Assembly (NCBI GenBank): GCA_963667845.2
Contig: CAXXVL010000002.1
Location: 192,001-256,000, forward strand
Origin: Smithellaceae bacterium
Lineage (GTDB): Bacteria; Desulfobacterota; Syntrophia; Syntrophales; Smithellaceae
DNA length: 64,000 bases
Reading direction: 5' to 3'
The translations under genes and the position numbers were made by a program. A model generated the notes under the pieces. The model was given only the letters and a program-made list of their open reading frames with translations. It was not told the DNA's origin and ran no database searches. Numbering within the stretch: the first letter of the stretch is position 1; every line of letters begins with the position of its first letter. Below are positions 28,486 through 37,443 of the stretch, in pieces.

Positions 28486-31400
28486 AGATCTTCAAATCCA
28501 TCCTGCGCTACCCGGCAGTCACCTTTATCGTCACCACCATCGCCCTGACCGTCGGGGTTTACGCCTTTGTGACGATGCCGCGCACGGAAGACCCTTCGAT
28601 TCATATCCGGGCCGCCCTGGTGATCGCCTATTATCCGGGGGCAACATCGGAGCAGGTGGAAAAGCAGGTCACACGGGTCCTGGAAAGACAATTGTTCAAA
28701 TTTCCGGAAATCCGCAAGGACATCACCTTCTCTACCAGCCGCCCCGGCCTTTCGATCATTAATGTGGAACTGGAAGACGAGGTGACCGACGCCGACGCCT
28801 TCTGGACGAAACTGAGACACACTCTGAATGAAACCCGAGCGATCGAATTGCCTGCGGGAGTCCGCGGCCCGGTGCTCAATTCCGATTTTGGAGACACTGT
28901 GGCCATGCTCATCGCCCTCACCGGGGAACGCTACGGCTACCGCGAGTTGCACAATTACATGAACACGATCCAGGATGAACTGCGCACGGTGCGCGACGTG
29001 GGCAAGATGGCCACCTACGGCGATCAGGATGAACAGATCTGGATCACAGGGAGCCTCGACCGGGTGGCCCAGTATTTTGCCGACCCCCTCAAAGCCATTA
29101 AGGCCCTGCGAGAGCGCAATACCGTTGCTCCGTCCGGAAACATCGCCGCGGGCGATGCGAAAGTTCCTCTGCGGACAACGGGCGTCTTCACTGCGGAAGA
29201 CCAGATCAAAAACGTGCTCATCGACGTGTCGCCCAAAACCGGCCAGCCCGTCTATATTCGCGACGTGGCTGAGGTTTCGCGCCGTTATAAAGATCCGACG
29301 TTTCTGGTCCGTTTCGACGGCCAACCTTGCATCCTGCTTTCGGTGGAAATGCAGAAAGGCCGGAACGTCGTTGAGCTTGGCGACCGGATCGCCTCCGTCT
29401 TTCATCGCCTGGAGTCCAAACTGCCTCCCGACGTTAAAATCAATCTGGTTGCCGACCAGCCGAAAGTCGTCAAGGAGCGGATCAATTATCTGAGCGAAGA
29501 ATTCCTGATGGCGATCATCGCGGTGATCCTGGTGACGATGCTTCTTTTGCCCCTGCGGGTTTCCCTTATTGCCGCGCTGGCCATCCCCATTACGCTGTTT
29601 ATCAGCCTGGGTCTGATGAATGCCGCAGGCGTCCAACTCCACCAGGTGTCCATTTCGTCGCTGGTCGTGATCCTGGGCATTATCGTGGATGACGCCATTG
29701 TGATCGCCGACAACTATCTGGTCCTGCTGGAGCGGGGTACGCCCCCGGCCGACGTGCTCTGGCGTTCCGCGGGAGATGTCGTCATCCCCGTGTTCACGGC
29801 AACCGTCACCATTATCTGCGCTTTTCTGCCGCTCTTGATTCTGACGGGTTATGTCGGTGAATTCATCCATGCGCTGCCGCTCACCGTGGGCATTGCGCTT
29901 ATCGTTTCTTTCGTGGTCGCCGTCTGCGTGACGCCGCTCTTGTGCCGCATCTTCATCCGGCAAAACGGGGTTGGCGGCGATCAGGGGAGTGATCGCCGGA
30001 AACGCGTGAACCTTTTAGGAAGGCTGCAGATCCTCTATGGGAAGACCATCGTCTATTTCATGAACAAGAAAATCCTGGCTGTGGCACTGGGCCTGGCGGC
30101 CATAGCCCTGGGCGCGCTGCTCTTCCTCGCTCTGCCCCAGCAGTTCTTCCCGTCGGCGGAGCGCAATCAATTCATTATCGACGTCTGGATGAAGCAGGGC
30201 ACTCGCATTGAAGCCACCAGCGCCGTCATGAAACGCATCGAGACCGCTCTGGGCTCCCGGAAAGAAATAGCGCATGTCGCGAGTTTCGTCGGCCAGAGCG
30301 CTCCGCGTTTTTACTACAACGTGAACGTCCAGCAGCCGGACGGAGCCTACGGCCAAATGATCGTCAACACGCGATCCGTACGCGAGACGCCCCGGCTCGT
30401 CCATCAACTGCGGAGGGATCTGGCAGGGCTTGCCCCGGAGGCGCTGATCATCGTCAAAGAACTGCAGCAGGGAGCGCCGCTCAAAGCCCCGGTGGAAGTG
30501 CGCATATCCGGCGAGGATATCAATGAACTTAAACGCCTCGGCGCGGACGTGGAAGGCATCCTCCGCTCCGTTCCCTATTCGGAGTATGTGCACAATGACT
30601 ATTTCAACGATTCGTACCTGGTGGATGTCCGCGTCAACACGGAACTCGCCAATCGCCTCGGCCTGACCAACGCCTATGTGTCGAACTTCCTCGCCGGCGC
30701 GCTCGACGGTGCGCCGGTCAGCGTCTTCTGGGAGGGCGACCGGCCGCTGCCGATTCTCCTGCGCCTCGACCCCGCAAGCCGTTCGTCTTTTTCCGACATA
30801 ACCAACACGTACGTGACCTCGCCTGTCACGGGGGCCGGTGTACCGCTCAGGTCTATTGCCACTCTGACCCCCGAATGGCAGACCAGCCGCATCGTGCGGA
30901 GAAACGGCGTGCGGACGCTGACGGTTCAGGGCTATGTGAAAGAAGGTTTTTACGGCTCCGAACTTCTGAAAGCCGCCGGGCCGCGCATTGACGCCCTGCC
31001 GCTCCCCGCCGGATACCGCATTGAATACGGCGGCGAAAATGCCAACCAGGATGAAGTCTTTCCCAAAATGCTCTGGGCGCTGGCGATCAGCCTCGTCACC
31101 ATCTTTCTCGCGCTGCTTATTCAGTTTCGCTCCGTATCGGAACCGCTGATCATTATGGCCTCCATCCCGCTGGCGCTGCTCGGTGCGGCCTGCGGCCTCT
31201 GGATCACCAGGAACCCATTCGGGTTCACCGCTTTTCTGGGACTCGTCAGCCTCTGCGGGATCGTGGTCAGAAACGCCATTATCCTGGTGGACTATATCAA
31301 TGAAAAAATCGCCGAGGGGAAATCGCTTACGGAAGCGGCAACCGAAGCGGGCCAGCGCCGCCTGCGGCCGATTTTCTTAACAACCATGGCGGCCGCTGTG

Positions 31401-32891
31401 GGCGTCACCCCGATGATCATTTCCCGGTCGAGCCTCTGGAGTCCTCTGGCCAGCGTCATAGCCGTCGGTCTGATCTTTTCGATGTTTTTTACACTGCTCG
31501 TGGTGCCGGTCCTGTTTGTCCTGGTGAAGTCGCGGATTGCCAAACTGCCGTCGCTCCTTGCCGTCCTGTTCTTGATCATGGCGGCAGGCTTCATTCATCC
31601 GGGCGATTCTCTCGCGGAAACAAAACGTCTGACGCTGCCTTCCGCCGTCAATATCGCGATTCGCCAAAATACGGTGCTCAGGATTGCTGAATCCAAAGTA
31701 CGGGAGAACAACGCCAGGGTGTCTGCGGCGCGCGCCGATTATCTGCCGCGTCTTTCCAATACGAGCGTTTATTCGGGCCTGACCAACAAAAGTCTGTTTA
31801 CCGATCCCACGGGAATCAGCGAGCGGCTACCGTCCGCCTGGGTCGATGCGTTTGATGAAAGGCTTCATCTCAACAGAGATTCGCTCTTCTTATCCAGCAC
31901 GGCTCTGACGCAGCCGCTGTCACAGCTCTTGAAGGTGCACAAGGCGGATCAGATCGCCCAGGCAGACCGGGATATCGCCAAAACGGATTATACGCGGGCC
32001 CAGCGTGAGATCGTCTTCGCAGTGCATCGCCTCTACTACGGTATTCTGATCGCCGAGAAGCAGAAAGAGACGGCCGGAGCCGCCGTCGCCCAGGCGACGG
32101 AAAATCTGCGCGACGCCGAAAATGCTTTTCAGGCGGGCAGTGTCCTGGATGTTGCCGTCCTCGGCAGCCGGACGCTGTTATTGCAAAACAGGCAGTCCCA
32201 GCTTGCGGCTCAGATCCAGATCGAAGACCTGGTAGCGGAAATGAACCATTTGCTGGGGTTCCCCCCCGAAACGGAGCTTGTCCTCGAGGACGTCGCGATG
32301 CCTGACGACGTCGTTCTGTCACGGTCGGACTACTTGCAAAATGCGCTCACGCTGAACCCGGAAATCCTGGCCGCGAGGGAGCTCGTCACCAAGACGCAAA
32401 ACGGCATCGCAGCCGCTTATTACGACTATCTGCCGGAGATTTCGCTTTTCGCGCGACACACTTACCAGGACTTTGTTCCCTTTGTCACCCGCAACATCGG
32501 CACGTACGGCGCCATGATGACGTGGAACATGTTTGACTGGGGCAAGCGTCATGCCGTCATTCGTCAACGAAAAGAATTGCACGTGCAGGCCCAGTTAAAT
32601 CTGTCGCGGCTGGAAAAGCGGCTGGGGGTCGACGTGGACAAAGCTTATCGGAAACTTGATCAGACGAAAATGATGATCGATGTGGCAAGCGATGCGCTCA
32701 CGCTGCAGAAAGAAAATTTGCGCTTAAGCGAGAATCGGCTCAAGGCCGGCACAATCACCGAAGCGAAGCATGCCGAAGCCATAGCCCAGATCCGGAAGGC
32801 GGAAGCGGACCTGCTTTCGGCCACACTGGCCTACCGGCTCGCCCTGGCGGAAATCAACAGGACCGCGGGAAAAGATGAATACGGCCATTGA
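28482..32891 (+). CDS. RND permease fused to a TolC-like outer-membrane factor
   Basis: aa 1 to ~1015 AcrB-like (IVDDAIV, RLRPIFLT); aa ~1046-1469 OEP-like (ADYLPRLS, WNMFDWG, RLKAGTI); one open frame. Confidence 0.88.
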   Translation: MKIFKSILRYPAVTFIVTTIALTVGVYAFVTMPRTEDPSIHIRAALVIAYYPGATSEQVEKQVTRVLERQLFKFPEIRKDITFSTSRPGLSIINVELEDEVTDADAFWTKLRHTLNETRAIELPAGVRGPVLNSDFGDTVAMLIALTGERYGYRELHNYMNTIQDELRTVRDVGKMATYGDQDEQIWITGSLDRVAQYFADPLKAIKALRERNTVAPSGNIAAGDAKVPLRTTGVFTAEDQIKNVLIDVSPKTGQPVYIRDVAEVSRRYKDPTFLVRFDGQPCILLSVEMQKGRNVVELGDRIASVFHRLESKLPPDVKINLVADQPKVVKERINYLSEEFLMAIIAVILVTMLLLPLRVSLIAALAIPITLFISLGLMNAAGVQLHQVSISSLVVILGIIVDDAIVIADNYLVLLERGTPPADVLWRSAGDVVIPVFTATVTIICAFLPLLILTGYVGEFIHALPLTVGIALIVSFVVAVCVTPLLCRIFIRQNGVGGDQGSDRRKRVNLLGRLQILYGKTIVYFMNKKILAVALGLAAIALGALLFLALPQQFFPSAERNQFIIDVWMKQGTRIEATSAVMKRIETALGSRKEIAHVASFVGQSAPRFYYNVNVQQPDGAYGQMIVNTRSVRETPRLVHQLRRDLAGLAPEALIIVKELQQGAPLKAPVEVRISGEDINELKRLGADVEGILRSVPYSEYVHNDYFNDSYLVDVRVNTELANRLGLTNAYVSNFLAGALDGAPVSVFWEGDRPLPILLRLDPASRSSFSDITNTYVTSPVTGAGVPLRSIATLTPEWQTSRIVRRNGVRTLTVQGYVKEGFYGSELLKAAGPRIDALPLPAGYRIEYGGENANQDEVFPKMLWALAISLVTIFLALLIQFRSVSEPLIIMASIPLALLGAACGLWITRNPFGFTAFLGLVSLCGIVVRNAIILVDYINEKIAEGKSLTEAATEAGQRRLRPIFLTTMAAAVGVTPMIISRSSLWSPLASVIAVGLIFSMFFTLLVVPVLFVLVKSRIAKLPSLLAVLFLIMAAGFIHPGDSLAETKRLTLPSAVNIAIRQNTVLRIAESKVRENNARVSAARADYLPRLSNTSVYSGLTNKSLFTDPTGISERLPSAWVDAFDERLHLNRDSLFLSSTALTQPLSQLLKVHKADQIAQADRDIAKTDYTRAQREIVFAVHRLYYGILIAEKQKETAGAAVAQATENLRDAENAFQAGSVLDVAVLGSRTLLLQNRQSQLAAQIQIEDLVAEMNHLLGFPPETELVLEDVAMPDDVVLSRSDYLQNALTLNPEILAARELVTKTQNGIAAAYYDYLPEISLFARHTYQDFVPFVTRNIGTYGAMMTWNMFDWGKRHAVIRQRKELHVQAQLNLSRLEKRLGVDVDKAYRKLDQTKMMIDVASDALTLQKENLRLSENRLKAGTITEAKHAEAIAQIRKAEADLLSATLAYRLALAEINRTAGKDEYGH

Positions 32892-32975
32892 AGAAATGAA
32901 GCCGCCCGCCGCTCACCGGATATCGGGGACATCCCCGTTTCATCGGGCATCACCCGGGGTCAGCTAATCTTGACT

Positions 32976-33896
32976 CTATGGTTCAACAAGAATTTTGATC
33001 GCGGTTTTGCTTTTCCCGGCCAGAACCTCAAAGCCGCTTTTGGCGATGTCGGCCAGCGGAATAATATCCGTGATGATGCTCTCGGGCCGGATAGTCCCTG
33101 TTGCCAACCATTTCATCGCCAGAGGGGGGTTGATGAAATTGGTGCCGATCATCGTCGTTTCGCGGGTCACAAATCCCAGCATATGAACAGCGGCCCGTTC
33201 GGTGAAGATGCCCTGAACAATCACCATTCCCTGGTAGCGCACCGAGGCCAGGCAATCCTTGAGTGTCGCCTCGATCCCGACGGCTTCGATGGATACATCC
33301 GCGCCGCGCCCGCCTGTCAGTTCCTTGATCTTTGCCGGACTCTTGACTTCCGCGGGATTCCAGACCAGCGTTGCGCCCAGCTCCTGGGCTTTCTGCCGCC
33401 GATTCTCCAAAACGTCCGTGATGTAAATATTTTGAACTCCCATCGCCTTGAGGCCCAGGAGCAGCATCAGACCGACCGTTCCGGCACCGGCAATAAAAAC
33501 CGTGTCCGACGGCTGCACATGACCACGGTCAATCGCGTAGGCCGCGCCGGACAAGGGTTCCAGCACAACGGCCCTCAGCCACTCCATGTCGTCCGGAATT
33601 TTTAAAAGCCGCTCCGTGGGACAGACAACAGCTTCGGCGTAAGCACCGGGAACCAGCGTGCAGACGCGTTCGCCCACGGCAAACCCTTTTACATCGGGCC
33701 CCACGGCCTCAATCGTTCCGCAGGCCTCATGACCGAAGGGACTGAGCGGAAAGGGACCGTGCAGGTACTCGTGCAGATCCGAGCCGCAGATTCCGCAATA
33801 TTTGATTTTAACTTTCACTTCGCCTTTGCCCGGCACCGGGTCGGGAACTTCTTCCACGGTGATGTCACGGATACCGTGATAAATCGTTTTTTTCAT
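32976..33896 (-). CDS. Zinc-dependent dehydrogenase (MDR, butanediol/threonine DH-like)
   Basis: CGICGSDLH, GHE, GAGTVG; structural-Zn Cys4 loop absent. Confidence 0.88.
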   Translation of the reverse strand: MKKTIYHGIRDITVEEVPDPVPGKGEVKVKIKYCGICGSDLHEYLHGPFPLSPFGHEACGTIEAVGPDVKGFAVGERVCTLVPGAYAEAVVCPTERLLKIPDDMEWLRAVVLEPLSGAAYAIDRGHVQPSDTVFIAGAGTVGLMLLLGLKAMGVQNIYITDVLENRRQKAQELGATLVWNPAEVKSPAKIKELTGGRGADVSIEAVGIEATLKDCLASVRYQGMVIVQGIFTERAAVHMLGFVTRETTMIGTNFINPPLAMKWLATGTIRPESIITDIIPLADIAKSGFEVLAGKSKTAIKILVEP

Positions 33897-34010
33897 CGAA
33901 TCATTTTCTCCAAAATTATTATTTTATTTTTTTCAATTCAGACCGAGGACGCTCTGTTTAAGACCTTTCGGCTGGACTTTCCGTACAGTGCCTGCAATAG
34001 GATCGCACCG

Positions 34011-34397
34011 TCAGTCGTGGCGGTGCATCTCGGGCAGTCCGAAGCGCGCCAGGGTATCTTCTTCGAAGTCGAACTCGATCAGTACGGCCGTCTCCTCGCC
34101 CATGACAAAGGCCTCATGGCCCGGTTCGATGAAAACGACCTCAGGGGCCACAAAATCCCGGGTGCAGCCGTCCTGGAAAAGAAATCGCAGCCGGCCCTGG
34201 GCCAGAAACTCGACATGCCCGTGCATGCACAGTTCGGTTGTCACAATGGGCTTGATGTCTTTTGACCACCGGAAACCGGGCGGGTAGATCATGCGCTTCA
34301 CGCGGCCCAGACCTGCCGGGACGGTATCTTGCTGCATGGTGCCGATTTGCCGATGATCGGCCCCCGGCAGTACATCGAGAAGGGGATCTGTAATCAT
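34011..34397 (-). CDS. Cupin-fold protein
   Basis: PGFRWSKDIKP..TELCMHGH...EPGHEAFV; start MITDP after AAAGG (the ORF-track extension comes from the repeat). Confidence 0.7.
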   Translation of the reverse strand: MITDPLLDVLPGADHRQIGTMQQDTVPAGLGRVKRMIYPPGFRWSKDIKPIVTTELCMHGHVEFLAQGRLRFLFQDGCTRDFVAPEVVFIEPGHEAFVMGEETAVLIEFDFEEDTLARFGLPEMHRHD

Positions 34398-34439
34398 TGC
34401 TCGTTTCCTTTCACCAGGCAGGACAAAGACCCGCTGTTG

Positions 34440-34541
34440 AATCAACCACCTCGCAGCAAGCCGCCAAGGCATGAAATGAACGTTATTATATCGCAACAAG
34501 CTACGCAGAATCAACTCTCATCCCGCTTGAGCGGGATTGAA
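34440..34541 (+). mobile_element. Dispersed hairpin element, copy 4 (long form)
   Basis: aatcaaccacctcgcagcaagccgccaaggcatgaaatgaacgttattatatcgcaacaagctacgcagaatcaactctcatcccgcttgagcgggattgaa. Confidence 0.7.
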
Positions 34542-34657
34542 GCTCTTCGGCAGACCGCCTGCGAACTTTCGCTTCCCGGCGAACAACAGCATTCCTCATG
34601 CACGCGATTTCACTGCAGTCCGACCACAGGCAATGGCCTCGTGCGGGATTCAATCCC

Positions 34658-35650
34658 TTAAACCGGGACAAAATCGGCTGATCGAACTTCTTTGAGCTTC
34701 AGGGCTTCCGTCGGGCAGACGACGGTGCAGACACCACAGCCCAGGCACTTTTCCGGATCGACGGCGGCAAGATCGTCCTTTATGGTCAACGCGTCAAAGA
34801 AGCACCTTTCGACACATGTTTCGCAACCGGCGCAGAGATCAACATCGACGACGGCCGAGAACCGGCTGGGCGCCACCCATTTTTTCGGTCCTTTCATGAT
34901 CGCCCAGTTGAGGCAGCAGTCATCACAACAATTACAAATCACGTGGCCGACCGTCTGGCGATTGTCAACCACATGTACCAGTCCTTCTTCCCGGCACTTC
35001 TTCAGAATTTCAACAGCCTCGTTTTTGGACAACGCCCGTCCCGTGCCCCGCTCGATATTGTATTCGGCGGCGCGGTCCACCTGCATGCAGACTTCCAGCG
35101 GCTTTTTGCAATTGCCGGAAATCACACGGCAGGAGCAATTGGTGACCGACAGAATTTTGGCATCCATAATAATTTTCACGACATCGTCGTAGGCCAGGAT
35201 TTGCGACTGCGGCTCAATGCTTTCATTGACGGGAACGACCCGCATGATGGACCCGGGCAGAATATCCATGATCTTACTGCCGTACTCGGGCCATTCCTTC
35301 TGCATATACTCATGCCAGAGGTCGAGGATGTGCCTGGATATCCCCGGGGTCAGGCTTGTCGAATCGTGCATCTGCGGAATGGTTTTGACGCGGTAGAATT
35401 TCTTTTCGCCGCCCTTGGTGGCTTTAAAGATCAGGCCGCGGTGGAACAGAGAATCCATCATCGCCGCGATAGTCTCCCGGGACAATCCGGATTTCTCCGC
35501 CAACTCCTCGACCGTTGCCGGCGGCGCCGCCAGCAGCATAACCTTGGCCTCGTCATCGTTGACGAGCGCCTCAAAGATCCGGGGAACGAGCGGCGACTCT
35601 CCCGCTCCGACCGCCTCGGCCAGCTTCTTGCACAATGCCATATCGACCAT
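34658..35650 (-). CDS. wHTH + Cys-rich + 2x[4Fe-4S] ferredoxin protein
   Basis: TVEELAEKSG HTH; CSCR, ICNCCDDCC; CAGCETCVERC and CLGCGVCTVVCP. Confidence 0.85.
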   Translation of the reverse strand: MVDMALCKKLAEAVGAGESPLVPRIFEALVNDDEAKVMLLAAPPATVEELAEKSGLSRETIAAMMDSLFHRGLIFKATKGGEKKFYRVKTIPQMHDSTSLTPGISRHILDLWHEYMQKEWPEYGSKIMDILPGSIMRVVPVNESIEPQSQILAYDDVVKIIMDAKILSVTNCSCRVISGNCKKPLEVCMQVDRAAEYNIERGTGRALSKNEAVEILKKCREEGLVHVVDNRQTVGHVICNCCDDCCLNWAIMKGPKKWVAPSRFSAVVDVDLCAGCETCVERCFFDALTIKDDLAAVDPEKCLGCGVCTVVCPTEALKLKEVRSADFVPV

Positions 35651-35909
35651 AGTAATCTGTCCTCCAATTCCGATAATTGATGGAAAGTATCGGGAAAAAT
35701 GTTCTTCGTGTCAAGAACAAACGCTTGTTTCGCATAAAATGCAATATATCTCTTATGGTTACGCATTGAGATCAATCGTATTCTCCGAAGCATGAGCGCA
35801 AGAGGTCAAAGATGACGAACCAGGGGCAGATCAGGGACCTTGGCGACAAATTCGTTGCTGCTTGATTGCCTGAAGCATACCGACGCCAGGGACAGCTCTT
35901 CCTTTTCTC

Positions 35910-35970
35910 AATCAACCACCTCGCAGCAAACTGCGGAGAATTAACGCTCGCCCCGCGCGAGCGGGATTAA
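35910..35970 (+). mobile_element. Dispersed hairpin element, copy 5 (short form)
   Basis: aatcaaccacctcgcagcaaactgcggagaattaacgctcgccccgcgcgagcgggattaa. Confidence 0.7.
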
Positions 35971-36034
35971 ATAAAATATTGCAGCCGGACCGAATGAAAG
36001 TCCGTCTTGTCTTCACGCCCGCTTCACGTCCCGA

Positions 36035-37081
36035 TCAGATAATTTCCCTGAGATAGTATTCCTCATACATCTGCCAGACGGCCATGGCCAGGGACATGAT
36101 GATCGGACCGATGATAAACCCCGTAAATCCGAAGACGATGATCCCGCCCATGGTAGAGAGGAAGATCAGCAGGGGGTGCATGGAGACATCCTTGCCCAGA
36201 AGGATCGGACGAAGAAAATGGTCCACCATGCTTATGACCAGGGCACCGAAGGCCAGGATAAAGATACCGGTCCAGAGATGCCCCATGACCATCATGAGGA
36301 TGCCGGCAGGAGCCCAGATCAGGGCGCAGCCGACGACGGGAATGACGGCGGTAATGATCATCACCACTCCCCAGAGGATCGCCCCCTGAATACCCGTGAA
36401 AAGGAAGAGCAGCCCCCCGAGAATGCCCTGGATGCCCCCGATAATCAAGGTCACCTTGAGCGTGGAGTTTGCGGTCTTCTGGAAGTGCGCCAGGAGGATT
36501 CTGTCTCTGTCGTCCTCGAGCGGCAGGAGTCGCAGAACCGTATCGATAAACGTCCGCCCGTCCCGGATAAAATAAAATAACGCATAGAGCATGACGCCCA
36601 CTTGAACAAAAAATTGCAGCGTATTTTGTGTGAAACTTTTCAGACTTTCGAAAAAATAACCGGCGACACCTTTGGAAATCTCCGTAATTTTCTGAGTCAG
36701 AGCCGCATCGTCGAGGTTTAAGCTGTCCGTGTAAGGATTGTGTTTAATCAGTTGCATCAATTTTTGGACATAGGCATTGATCTGACTGTTGTCATTGGAA
36801 ATACCCTGGTAGATGCCCATCGATTCCTTAAACAGCAGACTGATGATGAAACCGAAAGGAATAATAAAGATGAGGCAAATCAAAACAAGTACAATCGTCG
36901 CGCTGAGACTGGGCCTGTGCAGCTTCTTTTCCACTCTTTTATAAACGGGCATGAAGAGCCCCGCCAGGATCACGGCCCAGAAAATGGCGTAGATGAACGG
37001 CTTCATGATAAAGAAAACCGCGACGGTAACAACGAGCAGGATGACGAAAAAAAGGACGGTCTGCGCTTTGGGCTTTTGCAT
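36035..37081 (-). CDS. AI-2E family transporter
   Basis: FYFIRDG, IPVVGCALIWAP, DHFLRP..G...HPLLIFLS.MGG...GFIIGP; GGAGG SD before MQKPK. Confidence 0.9.
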   Translation of the reverse strand: MQKPKAQTVLFFVILLVVTVAVFFIMKPFIYAIFWAVILAGLFMPVYKRVEKKLHRPSLSATIVLVLICLIFIIPFGFIISLLFKESMGIYQGISNDNSQINAYVQKLMQLIKHNPYTDSLNLDDAALTQKITEISKGVAGYFFESLKSFTQNTLQFFVQVGVMLYALFYFIRDGRTFIDTVLRLLPLEDDRDRILLAHFQKTANSTLKVTLIIGGIQGILGGLLFLFTGIQGAILWGVVMIITAVIPVVGCALIWAPAGILMMVMGHLWTGIFILAFGALVISMVDHFLRPILLGKDVSMHPLLIFLSTMGGIIVFGFTGFIIGPIIMSLAMAVWQMYEEYYLREII

Positions 37082-37443
37082 ATGCGGATGCTCCTCCCGT
37101 TTGATGTTGCCTATTATAACAGATTCTTTACCGAAGGACAGCATTCCGTTTATCGGGATAGAACCGGTCCGGATATTTTCCAATCGGCTGTGTGCACTTT
37201 GCAGCCCTGCGATTTCACACGGGGCAAAGCGGCGAAAAACAGAAAGTTGCTCCTTTGCTGACTTCGGCCGGAATTCCGGAAGAAATGAAGCTCCTTTTTT
37301 CTTCCGCGCCGGCAACTGCATTCGCCATCCAATATATCCTTGACTTGCCGGAGTTATTCTTCTATTTTTCCGCCATTACTCTGGGAAATGATTTTGCGCC
37401 GCATGACTGCCCCGCATTGAATAACCATGGATAAGGATAACCG

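Noticed and set aside
28389..29963. Long antisense ORFs (also 46621-47898, 61081-62301, 22370-23257, 38548-39456)
   Set aside because: Shadow frames of well-supported genes in GC-rich DNA, without motifs of their own.
34398..34514. N-terminal extension of the cupin ORF and short ORFs 14827-15066 and 16541-16828
   Set aside because: These are translations through the repeat element (shared NQPPRSK...HEMNVIIS peptide), not genes.
14992..35970. Five-copy repeat as a CRISPR array or integron attC set
   Set aside because: Copies are kilobases apart and in both orientations, with no regular spacers, no cas or intI gene, and no RYYYAAC/GTTRRRY boundaries.
14992..35970. Five-copy repeat as a riboswitch
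   Set aside because: Orientation relative to the downstream minus-strand gene is inconsistent (copy 2 is opposite to the others), neighbouring functions are unrelated, and no aptamer was recognised. Not fully excluded.
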